Positions 31,015 through 41,636 are shown, counted from the stretch's first letter. The stretch: 52,841 bases of DNA from Gammaproteobacteria bacterium (GCA_029880585.1 JAOUOC010000001.1:1-52841); one strand, 5' to 3'. Translations and numbers: made by a program. The notes: generated from the sequence alone by a model not told the origin.

Positions 31015-33966
31015 TTGATTTTTTCAAAAAAAAGTGATGCACTTGAAAAAGCGATAAAGTCAGTGCTTTATACAGGTGTTATAGCCTCTCTGGCTATGGC
31101 GCCTGCAGCGTTCTCTGCTGAAGAAGGAGCAGAAGAAGCTAAAACTGTTGTTGTTACTGGTTCCAGACTTGTTCGTGGAGATCTGGAAGGATCCAGTCCT
31201 ATAACCAGCATTGATGCAGAAGAAATAACTCTGACTGGTAACGTTAGAATTGAAGACATGATATCAGGTCAACCACAAGCTTTTGCTGGTCAAAACTCAA
31301 CAGTCGCAAACGGCGCCTCCGGGACTGCAACTGTAGACCTACGTCATCTTGGGCCAACCAGAACATTAGTACTTATAAATGGTCGCAGAATGGCACCTGG
31401 TGATGTATTTGAAAATGCTCCAGACTTAAACTTTATTCCATCTAATATGGTTAAAAAAGTGGACATATTGACCGGTGGTGCATCATCTGTATATGGTACT
31501 GATGCTGTTGCCGGTGTTGTAAACTTTATTATTGACACTGAATTTGAAGGCGTTAAATTTGACTTTCAAAGAAGTTTTTACCAACATGACAATGATAATT
31601 CTTTGGCTCAAACAATAAATGAAGCCAGAGGGTTTGATGTTCCTACCGGAACTGTAACAGATGGTTTCACAACTAAAGCCAGTATCGCAATTGGAGGTAT
31701 GTTTGATGGTGGTCGTGGTAGTGCGTCAGCCTACTTGACTTACCGAAACATTGATTCAATCATCAAGGGTGCTCGTGATTATACTAACTGTACAATAAAC
31801 ACCGGTAGTACAGGTCCGGTATGTGGTGGTTCTTCCACAACACCTCAAGGTCGATTTATCGTTCCCGATACAGATCCAGATCCCACTATTAACAACGGTG
31901 GTGACTATGTATTAAACCTAGTTTCAGAAGGTGGTGATGGCGCATCTTTCCGTAATCGTACAGGCGATGTATTTAACTACGGTCCGTTTAACCATATCCA
32001 GCGTCCAGATACAAAATGGACATTTGGTGGTTTTGCCAACTACGAAATTAATAGCAACGCAGAAGCTTATCTTGAGCTGATGTTTATGGATGATTACACC
32101 GATGCACAAATTGCTCCCACTGGTAACTTTGGTCGCACAACAACCATCAACTGTGATAACCCTCTATTAAGTGCACAACAATATGATCTTATTTGTGCCC
32201 AACGTGGTTTTGCAAGCACAGATATTGCCAGCATGACTATTTTACGACGTAACATTGAAGGTGGTCCAAGAACAAACCAGATCCGTCACACAGCGTTCAG
32301 AATGGTTGGTGGTGTTCGTGGTGACATCAACGAAAACTGGAAATACGATGTATATGGCCTATATGCTGAAAACATTGGTAGTGAGTCTTACATCAATGAT
32401 ATGAACGTTGATCGTATTAAGGATGCTTTGGATGTCATTACTGATCCGGTTACAGGTCAACCAGTATGTCGTTCTGGTAATGCAGGTTGTGTACCCTGGA
32501 ATATCTTTCAGGAAGGTGGCGTAACTCAGGAAGCAGTAGATTACATGACTACTATTGCAGTTATGAACTCATCTACAAAGACTGAAGTTTTTGAAGCCTC
32601 TGTAATGGGTGATCTGGGCTTTAAGTTCCCAGCAGCTAGCGATAATGTTCAACTTGCTGCTGGTATACAGACTCGTACAGAAACGCTTCTGGCTACACCT
32701 GATGAAGTTTATTCATTAGGTTTGAGAGCAGGTTCTGGTGGCAGTACTCCTGCCATAGATGGTGGCTTCAGTGTTAAGGAATACTTTTTTGAAACAGTAA
32801 TGCCATTAGTTTCTGATGCTAATTTCGCGCAGGATATTTCTCTTGAAGTTGGTTTCCGTTCATCTGATTACAGCCTGTCAGGAACAAACGACACCTATAA
32901 AGCATTATTGTCATGGACTGTTAACGACAGCATCCGTGTTAGAGGTGGTTTGAACAGAGCTGTTCGTGCTCCTAACGTACTGGAACTATTCAGACCTCAA
33001 GGATTTGGACTAGGTGGTAATGAAGATATTTGTGCTAATAACGAAGCCACTGGTTTACCATCTGCAACTTTCGCAGAGTGTGCTCGTACTGGCGTAACTC
33101 AAGCTCAATACGGAAACATCATTGCTAATCCTGCTCAACAATACAATACGTTGGGTGGCGGTAATCCAAATCTTGACCCGGAAATTGCTGATACAGTTAC
33201 CTTTGGTTTTGTTCTGACTCCAGAAGCTCTACCAAACCTTTCAGTATCTGTTGACTACTACGATATTGTGATTGAAGAGGCAATTGGTTCATTGACGGCT
33301 GATGACATCATTCAAACTTGTGCTACTACAGGTAATCAAGATCTTTGTAGTCTGATTCACCGTGATGCACTGGGTACTCTATGGTTAACAAATGAGGGTT
33401 ATACCGAGACTACAAACCAGAACATCGGTAAAATGGGTAACAGAGGTGTTGATATCAATGCTCAGTATTCATGGGAGATGGGCGAAATCGGCTCTATGAA
33501 GTTAAGCTTTGTTGGTACTTACCTTCTAGAGAATAGCTTCAGTAATCCTTTAACTGACTATGACTGTGTTGGATACTTTGGTCCAGCTTCATGTGGTCAA
33601 CCAGATGCCGAGTGGAGACATCGTGCTCGTTTAAGCTGGGATACCAATTTTGATACAACTATCTCAATGGTATGGCGCTATATCGGTGCAACTGATCACG
33701 AAGACTCAAGTCCTGATCCTGATCTGGGTAAACCTGGAAATATGGCAAGATGGGAAACTAATGGTATCGCTGAATTAGATGCTGAAAGCTTCTTTGACGT
33801 TGTAGCTACCTACGAACTTAATGAAGATACGCAACTTACTTTCGGTATCAATAACATTCTGGATACTGAGCCACCATTGGCTCCGTCAATTTCATCTACC
33901 GGATTTGGCGGTACGTATGATCCTCTGGGACGTTATATCTTCTTTGGCATCAGAGCTAATTACTAA
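31015..33966 (+). CDS. TonB-dependent receptor (TTG start)
   Basis: GGGAG SD, signal peptide, TonB box VVVTGS, plug RTLVLINGRR and GGASSVYGTDAVAGVVNFI, C-terminal beta-signal GRYIFFGIRANY. Confidence 0.93.
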   Translation: MIFSKKSDALEKAIKSVLYTGVIASLAMAPAAFSAEEGAEEAKTVVVTGSRLVRGDLEGSSPITSIDAEEITLTGNVRIEDMISGQPQAFAGQNSTVANGASGTATVDLRHLGPTRTLVLINGRRMAPGDVFENAPDLNFIPSNMVKKVDILTGGASSVYGTDAVAGVVNFIIDTEFEGVKFDFQRSFYQHDNDNSLAQTINEARGFDVPTGTVTDGFTTKASIAIGGMFDGGRGSASAYLTYRNIDSIIKGARDYTNCTINTGSTGPVCGGSSTTPQGRFIVPDTDPDPTINNGGDYVLNLVSEGGDGASFRNRTGDVFNYGPFNHIQRPDTKWTFGGFANYEINSNAEAYLELMFMDDYTDAQIAPTGNFGRTTTINCDNPLLSAQQYDLICAQRGFASTDIASMTILRRNIEGGPRTNQIRHTAFRMVGGVRGDINENWKYDVYGLYAENIGSESYINDMNVDRIKDALDVITDPVTGQPVCRSGNAGCVPWNIFQEGGVTQEAVDYMTTIAVMNSSTKTEVFEASVMGDLGFKFPAASDNVQLAAGIQTRTETLLATPDEVYSLGLRAGSGGSTPAIDGGFSVKEYFFETVMPLVSDANFAQDISLEVGFRSSDYSLSGTNDTYKALLSWTVNDSIRVRGGLNRAVRAPNVLELFRPQGFGLGGNEDICANNEATGLPSATFAECARTGVTQAQYGNIIANPAQQYNTLGGGNPNLDPEIADTVTFGFVLTPEALPNLSVSVDYYDIVIEEAIGSLTADDIIQTCATTGNQDLCSLIHRDALGTLWLTNEGYTETTNQNIGKMGNRGVDINAQYSWEMGEIGSMKLSFVGTYLLENSFSNPLTDYDCVGYFGPASCGQPDAEWRHRARLSWDTNFDTTISMVWRYIGATDHEDSSPDPDLGKPGNMARWETNGIAELDAESFFDVVATYELNEDTQLTFGINNILDTEPPLAPSISSTGFGGTYDPLGRYIFFGIRANY

Positions 33967-33988
33967 TTTATTAGTAGCTAGAGAAATT

Positions 33989-34017
33989 AAAACGGCTCCC
34001 TAGGGAGCCGTTTTTTT
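33989..34017. terminator. Bidirectional intrinsic terminator between the TonB-dependent receptor and pmbA
   Basis: AAAACGGCTCC-CTAG-GGAGCCGTTTTTTT. Confidence 0.9.
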
Positions 34018-34072
34018 ATGCAAATAAATTGTTCTTTCTTTAAGCAATATTACAGAAAAAGATTTCTTTGTC

Positions 34073-35455
34073 TTAATTACCTGCGATAGTCATATTTTCA
34101 AGTAACCATGAGCCCGTCATGTAGCTACTACGATAATCATAATCATTTCCAACCGCAACAAGATTTGCAAACATCTCATTCAAATTACCAGCGATGGTAA
34201 TTTCCTCAACAAAGTGCTGAATTTGACCATTCTCAACCCAAAATCCCGATGCGCCTCTGGAATAATCTCCTGTCACCAGGTTAACCCCTTGCCCCATAAC
34301 GCTGGTAACTATCAATCCTGAATTCATGGTTTTAACCAAAGTCTCAAAATTTTGTTCACTCTCGCCATCATTAAACAAAACTTTTAAATTATGAACGCCG
34401 CCACCATGTCCACCAGGCTCTAGTCCTAAACGTCTGGCACTGTAACTGTTTAATAGATAGGTATTAACCTTGCCTTGTTGCAAGATATACTGTGATCGGG
34501 TGGCAATACCCTCATTGTCATACCAGGTACTGGCCAATCCACTGGGTAACAATGGCTCTTCGTAAAACGACAAAAACTCAGGAAAAACCTTATTCCCAAG
34601 ACTATTAAGCAAAAAACTGGATTGCCGATACAAGGAACTACCCTGAATAGCGCTACAAAAATGCTGAATTAATCCTCTTGAAACTTCAGGAATCATTAAT
34701 ACCGGACATTTTCTTGTGCCTATTTTTTTACTATCAAGACGCTTCAAAACCTTTTGAGCTGCATTAACACCAACAGTTTTTGAAGATTCCATCAAACTTT
34801 GTTTGCGATTTAAACTATACCAACTATCTCTCTGCATACCCTTTGCATCTTTGGCAATCAAGCTGCAAGACAAAGAATGTATAGTTGAAGGTGTTACAGC
34901 ATAAAATCCGTGAGAATTTGCGTAATAACGCAGATTTCTGTGACTTGAAAAACCTGCCCCCTCACTTAGAGATATCTTGTCGGAATAATCGAGTCCGGCA
35001 CTTTCACATTCTATTGCTATCTCAATTGCTTTATCAGCAGTTATTCCGATGGGATGATCCAAATCCAGATCAACTTTTTCCTTTGCCATCAAGTTAGCAT
35101 CAGCAAGTCCATTATGCGGATCCGGTTGCGTATATTTTGCAATCTGACAGGCAGCATTTAATGTGTCCTGCAAAGATTCTCGCGACAAATCACTGGTACC
35201 GGCAGTTCCCTTGTTTTTGCCAAAATACACGGTAATAGCAAAATTGTTATCCTGATTGTATTCAATAGTATCAACCGATCTATTTCTTACTTCTACCGAT
35301 AATCCAATATCCTTACTTAGAGCCAGTTCAGTCTCTATTGCTCCCATACTTTTCGCTTTATCAATCAACCAGCTACCAGTGGATTGCAAATATTCCTGCT
35401 GAGACTCTATATCCAGATAATCTGCTGAATTTTGAATTGTTTTATCTGTGGTCAT
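34073..35455 (-). CDS. pmbA: Metalloprotease subunit PmbA (TldE)
   Basis: MQRDSWYS, GSSLYRQSSFL, GQGVNLVTGDYSRGASGFWVENG, EITIAGNL. Confidence 0.95.
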   Translation of the reverse strand: MTTDKTIQNSADYLDIESQQEYLQSTGSWLIDKAKSMGAIETELALSKDIGLSVEVRNRSVDTIEYNQDNNFAITVYFGKNKGTAGTSDLSRESLQDTLNAACQIAKYTQPDPHNGLADANLMAKEKVDLDLDHPIGITADKAIEIAIECESAGLDYSDKISLSEGAGFSSHRNLRYYANSHGFYAVTPSTIHSLSCSLIAKDAKGMQRDSWYSLNRKQSLMESSKTVGVNAAQKVLKRLDSKKIGTRKCPVLMIPEVSRGLIQHFCSAIQGSSLYRQSSFLLNSLGNKVFPEFLSFYEEPLLPSGLASTWYDNEGIATRSQYILQQGKVNTYLLNSYSARRLGLEPGGHGGGVHNLKVLFNDGESEQNFETLVKTMNSGLIVTSVMGQGVNLVTGDYSRGASGFWVENGQIQHFVEEITIAGNLNEMFANLVAVGNDYDYRSSYMTGSWLLENMTIAGN

Positions 35456-35994
35456 GATATTGACAACCTGTCAGTAATTTGTGATAACAATTGGGCTTCA
35501 TTAAAATCAAATTGCTGTAGAAAATTCAAAATTTTAACCTTAATGGTTTGCTGCTTTGCAAGTGTTGCTGATTTTTTGAAGTTTAGTACCAATTGCCTCA
35601 TTTTTTGCCTTTCCATGCCAGCAATCTCATCAACAATAACGTCAATAATTTCATCACCATGCTCTGTAATCATATCGACAATTTGTGTCATATTGTCAGA
35701 TTGCTTTTGTTTTTGTCGCTGCTGCTCAAATATCTGATTTTGCAGAAAGTCCTTTACGCCCTGCGCGTCATCTTCTCTCAAACATTTTCCAATGTAGCCA
35801 ATATGCCTTTTTTTGGCATGATTACCTTGTTGCCTGCTAAAATCCAGAATAGCTTTTTTGGTGATGTCCCGTAATGGCAATTGCTCTATTTTACCACTGG
35901 ACATTTCTACCAGTTCCCTTGCAAAGTCCTGTAGTGACTTAGCCTGATTTTTCAATTGAGTTTTACTGATCCACTCGTCATCTTCTTCTATCAT
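35452..35994 (-). CDS. yjgA: Ribosome biogenesis factor YjgA/DarP (DUF615; probable start ATG 35994)
   Basis: Acidic N-terminus then WISKTQLK, AKKRHIGYIGKCLRE, ERQKMRQLV; GGAG SD; adjacent to pmbA. Confidence 0.85.
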   Translation of the reverse strand: MIEEDDEWISKTQLKNQAKSLQDFARELVEMSSGKIEQLPLRDITKKAILDFSRQQGNHAKKRHIGYIGKCLREDDAQGVKDFLQNQIFEQQRQKQKQSDNMTQIVDMITEHGDEIIDVIVDEIAGMERQKMRQLVLNFKKSATLAKQQTIKVKILNFLQQFDFNEAQLLSQITDRLSIS

Positions 35995-36016
35995 AACAAT
36001 ATCTCCAGACAGAACT

Positions 36017-37453
36017 TCAGCTGGTGCCTCCAACTATCATTTCATCAACTTTCAATGTTGGCTGGCCAACACCAACCGGTACACTTTGTCCTGCCTTGCC
36101 GCAAATACCTACTCCGGGATCAATAGACATATCATTACCCACCATGGAAACCTTGTGCAGAACTTCGGGGCCACTACCTATAAGCGTTGCGCCTTTGACT
36201 GGTGATTTTATTTCACCATTTTCAATCAGATATGCCTCAGTGGTTGAGAAAACAAATTTGCCAGAAGTAATATCAACCTGGCCGCCACCAAAATTTGGCG
36301 CATAAATACCTTTCTTTACTGATTTAATGATTTCGTCAGGCTCATGATCTCCTGATAACATATAGGTATTAGTCATTCTGGGCAGAGGTAAACAGGCATA
36401 GGATTCTCTTCGACCATTACCTGTGGTTGAAGTATTCATCAAGCGTGCATTCTTTTTATCTTGCATATAGCCTTTAAGGATCCCTTTTTCGATTAAAACG
36501 GTTGTATTCGACAGTGTTCCCTCATCATCGATGGTTAAAGAACCTCTTCTCGAAGAAAGCGTACCATCATCAACTATTGTGCAAATATCTGAGGCAACCT
36601 TTTGGCCAATTTTATTTGAAAATGCTGAAGTCCCTTTTCGATTAAAATCACCTTCAAGCCCATGCCCAACAGCCTCATGAAGTAAAACACCAGGCCAACC
36701 ATTACCTAAAATAACCGGCATCATGCCAGCTGGAGCATCAATGGCTTCCATATTAATACTTGCCTGTTCAACTGCCTTGCAAACCAAATCTTCCAGAACT
36801 GCATCATCAAAGTTAGAATAAGTATATCTGCCGCCAAGCCCGGCACTACCTCTTTCAGTTCGCCCATTCGAAGTCATGATCACGGTTAAACCAATTCTAA
36901 CCAAGGGCCTGATATCACCAGCCAAGGTACCATCTGACGCAACAACCATAATTTGATCATAAACAGCTGAAACAGAAGCGATAACCTCTTTTATTCTGAC
37001 ATCTTTATTTCTTGCCAGCTTATCAACTTTTTGCAAAAGAGAAATTTTTTGACTGTCAGTCAAACTTTCCAATGGGTTTTCATTGACGTATAGAGGAACT
37101 GCTTGAACGGCTTTACCTATCTTTATTTGTCTGTCCTGTCCTCTACTCGCTATGCTGGCTGCTGCCTCTGCAGAACGAAGTAAATTGTATTTATCAAGTT
37201 CTTCACTATAGGCAAAACCGGTTTTTTCCTCGGACAAGGCTCTGACGCCGACACCTTTATCACGACTAAAACTGGCATCTTTGACAATACCTGATTCTAT
37301 TATCCATGACTCATGAAAGGTCGATTGGAAAAACAATTCAGCAAAATCAATCTGATGCCCCATCATGACATCAATAGAGTTTTGTAAATCCTTTAATTCA
37401 AGATCTGATGACTGAAAAAAAACTTTTTGTACTGAATCCAGATAATTGGTCAT
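36017..37453 (-). CDS. tldD: Metalloprotease TldD
   Basis: GWPGVLLHEAVGHGLEGDFNRK, PRMTNTYM, GGQVDITSGKFVF, CGKAGQSVPVGVGQPT. Confidence 0.98.
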   Translation of the reverse strand: MTNYLDSVQKVFFQSSDLELKDLQNSIDVMMGHQIDFAELFFQSTFHESWIIESGIVKDASFSRDKGVGVRALSEEKTGFAYSEELDKYNLLRSAEAAASIASRGQDRQIKIGKAVQAVPLYVNENPLESLTDSQKISLLQKVDKLARNKDVRIKEVIASVSAVYDQIMVVASDGTLAGDIRPLVRIGLTVIMTSNGRTERGSAGLGGRYTYSNFDDAVLEDLVCKAVEQASINMEAIDAPAGMMPVILGNGWPGVLLHEAVGHGLEGDFNRKGTSAFSNKIGQKVASDICTIVDDGTLSSRRGSLTIDDEGTLSNTTVLIEKGILKGYMQDKKNARLMNTSTTGNGRRESYACLPLPRMTNTYMLSGDHEPDEIIKSVKKGIYAPNFGGGQVDITSGKFVFSTTEAYLIENGEIKSPVKGATLIGSGPEVLHKVSMVGNDMSIDPGVGICGKAGQSVPVGVGQPTLKVDEMIVGGTS

Positions 37454-37512
37454 AATAGATAATCGTTCATAGTTAACCTGACAGGCTTGTTAGTAGGAGG
37501 AGCTTAAAACAA

Positions 37513-37560
37513 CAGCGCATTATACACTGGCAGGAGAAAAACTGAAATTAAAGTGCGCTG
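37513..37560 (-). promoter_or_regulatory. Putative internal promoter for tldD-yjgA-pmbA
   Basis: Perfect TATAAT (37524-37519) followed by GCGCTG; weak -35; flanked by the inverted repeat CAGCGCA...TGCGCTG. Confidence 0.45.
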
Positions 37561-37610
37561 AACAAGGTTTTTGCTGAATTAAAGCCCACATTTCAGCTTA
37601 TGACTAGCTT

Positions 37611-40600
37611 TTATTTCTCTAAAACTGGCTCAACTTCTGTCGGTAAATTTTTTGTCTGGTCAATTTCTTCATCATCTTCCACCACGATAGTTTTACTTTG
37701 TTTGTCGATTTCTTCAACTTGTATGTCTTTCAAACTACCGTGAATGCGGTATTCAATCTGACTTACGACATCAATTGCAGGCTCCATAATTTTGCTAAGT
37801 ATATAAACAATAAAGCCAGTGGATGGTTCAGCTGCCCAGCCAGACAAAAGTGGTAAGCTGGAAGTTAAACGGGGAATCACTATCGCATTCTGCTCGATTG
37901 TCTGATTGTTCAAATCAACAAAGCCTGACAAATTTACTTTTGCTGCAACACCATCGATAAATAAACGGTCAGAGTAAAGTTTGCCATCGAATAAACTTAC
38001 AACCCCATTTATCTTGTCATAAAAGAAACCTTCTTCAAACACATCCGAAAAATCCAGAGTTAATCTTCTTGCAATAGATTGCATAGTGAATAAACTAAAG
38101 ATTCTGGCTTTGGCATCACTGACTTCTGTAAAATGACCTTTGCCAAGTGAAAAGGCTGCATCTCCTTCCATTTTTGCTGGAATAATTGACCATGGCTTTT
38201 CAAACCAGGAGATACTACCACTCATACTAGCTGGACTATCTTCAATTCCAGCATCATATTTCCAACGCTTAAGCAGGCTACCAATATTGTTGCTAGTCAT
38301 ATGAAAATTAATCTTTGAATATTGTTTTCCATCCCAGTTTGAATCCGATATATTTTTTAATATTTCAGAAGTTTGTACACATAACCAGTCCATATCAAAA
38401 TAGATATCATGGGTTTGATTATCAAAAATTCTTCCTGTTACTTTTACACCATTCATCTGACGATGAATGCCAGCCTTAATTTTGCCTAAAACGTAATCAT
38501 TTATTTGACAATTTTCACAAGATAAATTAATAGAGGGCCAACTCGTCGGATCATCCCAAATGGCAGTGGATTCTTTTTCTTTAATATCTACTTTGTCAGC
38601 CGAATATTCTTCAGATTTAAACTTTAACTTCATAAAATCCAATGACAAATCCAACTGCTCATCAAATGAATGTGTCAGCATTCCCTTGGCAGCATCGCTA
38701 TTGAATTTTACTACCAAAGGTTTATTTCTTTCACCAACAATTGAAAGTTGAATTTGGTTAATATCAATTTTTGAGTTAAGCAAAGAATCTGCAGATAAAT
38801 TAATCTGAAAGTTTGACTCTACCGGCTCAGCCCAGTCTGAACTGTTATCTCTTGCACTTAAGCTCTTATTTTTACTCAATCTGGTAAAAAGCGTATGGGC
38901 AATATCTTCAATTTTATCCAAAGGCGCTTGCTCAAAATCAAAATCAAGCGTCAATTGGTCTGATTTTAAATCAGTTGATTTGTCTTTTTTGCTATAAATA
39001 AAATGTCCTGAAAAACCAGCAGCATCATTGTCTTCCTCCATTAACCAGATACCATCAAAGTCTTGCCAGTGAATGCTGGCTAATGTGTTATCCTTAATTT
39101 CAAAATTTAACTTGAAAGGTGTTTTTTCGTCCTTTTTCTTGACTATGTCGTCTATCAAATCCACTGAGAATCCAGCCAAATCACTGGTAATATCTATTGT
39201 TGTTCCATCAGATTTTGAAACTACGGCAACTTCAACCTGTGTTTTACCGGAGGCATATTTGTTCCATTCTTTGCCAATAAAATCACCCAATGCCTCTGAA
39301 GGAAAAATGCCACTGCCATTTAACAAAAAAGCATTATCATCAGTTTCAATTGTTTTCATTTCAACATTAAAAGGTTCTCCATGATAGGTCGCTGAAATTT
39401 TGGAAGGTACAATTCCATTTTGATTAAAACCTACCTTACCTTTAACTTTGTTATATTGCATCCCCAAAACATTGACATAACCATTTGAAGTATTCGGAAT
39501 CACCTCTCCCTTCAATTTGAAACTGTCTGGTGAATTTAATCCCAGAAATAATTCTACTTTAGTTCGTGCGGTACCTTCTAAATCTATAATCGACAAATTT
39601 TTGGCCAATCCCGTCAACGGTGATTGCGAAAGAAAATTAATACCGGAATTGTTAGTGCTATTGACGTCAAGATATAACTCGAATGGTATGGTTGGTGCGG
39701 AAAAATCCCTGATTACAGCTCTTGCGTAATTCACCCTGTTACCATTTGAAAAACCATAGTGACTGACCAAATCCATACCATTACCTTCAAACAGCAATTT
39801 TACTTTTAAATCCTCTGCGGCTGGCCAGCCAGGTAAATATCGATAATTGGCATCCTCTAAAATACCCAGAATTGAAAAAAGTCCCTCTTCATTATGAAAG
39901 GGAAAGTACTTCAGAGGTCCGTGAACCACCGATTTCACCAGTGGTAAACGTCCAGAGATAACACCTTCATCCAGATATTGAGTAAGGTTTTCTGTCATCA
40001 ACCCCGTTGGCAAATAGAGAGATTTTTTGCTGGCATCAATATTGGAGATCTCACTGTACAAGGAAAGCGCAGGGACTTCATCGATAAAATAAAATTTTCC
40101 TCTGGCTTGAAATCCCAAATCATCATTGGACAATTGAACTTTATCAACCTGAAGCTGAATTTGATCATTTTCATCGAAACTCCATTCAAGTTCGACTGAT
40201 AATTCATTAGCTTTGATGGTATTTCTAAACAATTGATTAAAATCCAGCTCAGCATTTGTTCCGTTCAAACTCGCAATACCAAAAGATTGTGTCAATCCCA
40301 TAAAACCTGAAAGGTTTTTAACACCTGGTATTTTTTTAGACGAACGATAACCCAGATTAGAGAACTCAATGGATAACTTGGGTTTCTGCCATACTTCCTT
40401 TAGTCTTGCAAAACGGATCCCAAAACTTTCTACATCAACCGATAAATCTGTTTGTCTAAAGACTTTCATTTGTCTGGGGTCAACAAAACCTTCGTTATCC
40501 AACAGTCTGGAAATAGATTGAATATCAATATCATGTATAGCCAAATCCCACTTAATATCAAAATTGCTATCTTGCTTAAACAAAAGCATGATCTCGGGGA

Positions 40601-41636
40601 ATCGGGTTATTGATTGTTCGGAAGACAAGGCCTCAAGATTTCTCAAACTAAATTGACCATTTTGCTCATTGATAAACTGCCAATTAAACTGTGCGCTCAA
40701 TTTTTCCAGTCCAAGAGTCCTTATGTTACCTCTGGAATCACCAGTTTTCTGAGAGTAATCTCTTAAAACAAAATTTCCCAAAGCTCTATCCCAATGATTA
40801 TTCTTCCACTCAGCCCAAAGCTGCCAATCTACAATACCGGATTGCGGCATAAAATTCTGAGTAAAAACAGGCTGTGCTGACAGGTCAAAGTTTTGCGCTA
40901 AAAGATAGAGATTAGTGGTACTTTCTTCATCCGTTGGGTCACCATGAATTTCAGCAATCAAAGTCAAGTCACCATTTTGCTCATCGCTTAATTGTCCGAC
41001 CAATTGATGGCTTTGATCATAGTTGTCGATGGATAGTGTATCAATTGCATAATTAAACTGTCTGCCATCAAGTGCTTGTAGATGTATTGTAGATTGCTGA
41101 ACAGAAAGGGCTTTTTGGTCAAACAGGAAAGAGAGTATTTTACGACTAACGTTTGCCACATCATTCTGTGAATTTTCGATATCAACATTTTCAGATTCTT
41201 GCAAAGGTAAATTTAGTTTTAACCCCAGATTCCTATCAATCAACAGATTAATTTTAGAACCTTTCAGATAGATCTCTTCGGTTACCACTCTGCCAAGCAA
41301 CACACTTTTATAAATATTAATATGCAGAGTGAATGAATCCATTGCTATAAAATCGTCTTTATCACCTTCAATTTTTATTACCACATCCTTAATATAAAAA
41401 ATTGGTCCTTGTTCCAGCCATTGAGCAGTAATTTCAGAGGTTGAAACATCGAAATTGTAGGTTTCCTCAATCCATTCTTCTATATCAACTCGATAATCAT
41501 TTATATGAGGAAGGAAATTCTTTAAAAAAGTGAGGATAACGGCCAGCAAAATAATTGACGTAGCCAAAAGCAACCATAGCTTATTGATGGTATAAACAAA
41601 AACTTTAGTTGCTATCTGCCTCACGTCAGAATTCAT
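37611..41636 (-). CDS. yhdP: YhdP (AsmA-like phospholipid transport protein, TIGR02099-type)
   Basis: 1341 aa, N-terminal TM anchor, C-terminal RRLTLDFSDVF..GFFYD; rng-yhdP-tldD synteny. Confidence 0.88.
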   Translation of the reverse strand: MNSDVRQIATKVFVYTINKLWLLLATSIILLAVILTFLKNFLPHINDYRVDIEEWIEETYNFDVSTSEITAQWLEQGPIFYIKDVVIKIEGDKDDFIAMDSFTLHINIYKSVLLGRVVTEEIYLKGSKINLLIDRNLGLKLNLPLQESENVDIENSQNDVANVSRKILSFLFDQKALSVQQSTIHLQALDGRQFNYAIDTLSIDNYDQSHQLVGQLSDEQNGDLTLIAEIHGDPTDEESTTNLYLLAQNFDLSAQPVFTQNFMPQSGIVDWQLWAEWKNNHWDRALGNFVLRDYSQKTGDSRGNIRTLGLEKLSAQFNWQFINEQNGQFSLRNLEALSSEQSITRFPEIMLLFKQDSNFDIKWDLAIHDIDIQSISRLLDNEGFVDPRQMKVFRQTDLSVDVESFGIRFARLKEVWQKPKLSIEFSNLGYRSSKKIPGVKNLSGFMGLTQSFGIASLNGTNAELDFNQLFRNTIKANELSVELEWSFDENDQIQLQVDKVQLSNDDLGFQARGKFYFIDEVPALSLYSEISNIDASKKSLYLPTGLMTENLTQYLDEGVISGRLPLVKSVVHGPLKYFPFHNEEGLFSILGILEDANYRYLPGWPAAEDLKVKLLFEGNGMDLVSHYGFSNGNRVNYARAVIRDFSAPTIPFELYLDVNSTNNSGINFLSQSPLTGLAKNLSIIDLEGTARTKVELFLGLNSPDSFKLKGEVIPNTSNGYVNVLGMQYNKVKGKVGFNQNGIVPSKISATYHGEPFNVEMKTIETDDNAFLLNGSGIFPSEALGDFIGKEWNKYASGKTQVEVAVVSKSDGTTIDITSDLAGFSVDLIDDIVKKKDEKTPFKLNFEIKDNTLASIHWQDFDGIWLMEEDNDAAGFSGHFIYSKKDKSTDLKSDQLTLDFDFEQAPLDKIEDIAHTLFTRLSKNKSLSARDNSSDWAEPVESNFQINLSADSLLNSKIDINQIQLSIVGERNKPLVVKFNSDAAKGMLTHSFDEQLDLSLDFMKLKFKSEEYSADKVDIKEKESTAIWDDPTSWPSINLSCENCQINDYVLGKIKAGIHRQMNGVKVTGRIFDNQTHDIYFDMDWLCVQTSEILKNISDSNWDGKQYSKINFHMTSNNIGSLLKRWKYDAGIEDSPASMSGSISWFEKPWSIIPAKMEGDAAFSLGKGHFTEVSDAKARIFSLFTMQSIARRLTLDFSDVFEEGFFYDKINGVVSLFDGKLYSDRLFIDGVAAKVNLSGFVDLNNQTIEQNAIVIPRLTSSLPLLSGWAAEPSTGFIVYILSKIMEPAIDVVSQIEYRIHGSLKDIQVEEIDKQSKTIVVEDDEEIDQTKNLPTEVEPVLEK

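Noticed and set aside
31001-31018. Mini-ORF MGEEN whose stop overlaps the receptor's TTG start
   Set aside because: It has no SD of its own and simply spans the receptor's SD; likely chance.
28400-34017. Plus-strand insert as a mobile genomic island
   Set aside because: No integrase, transposase, flanking direct repeats or tRNA target; composition looks native by eye.
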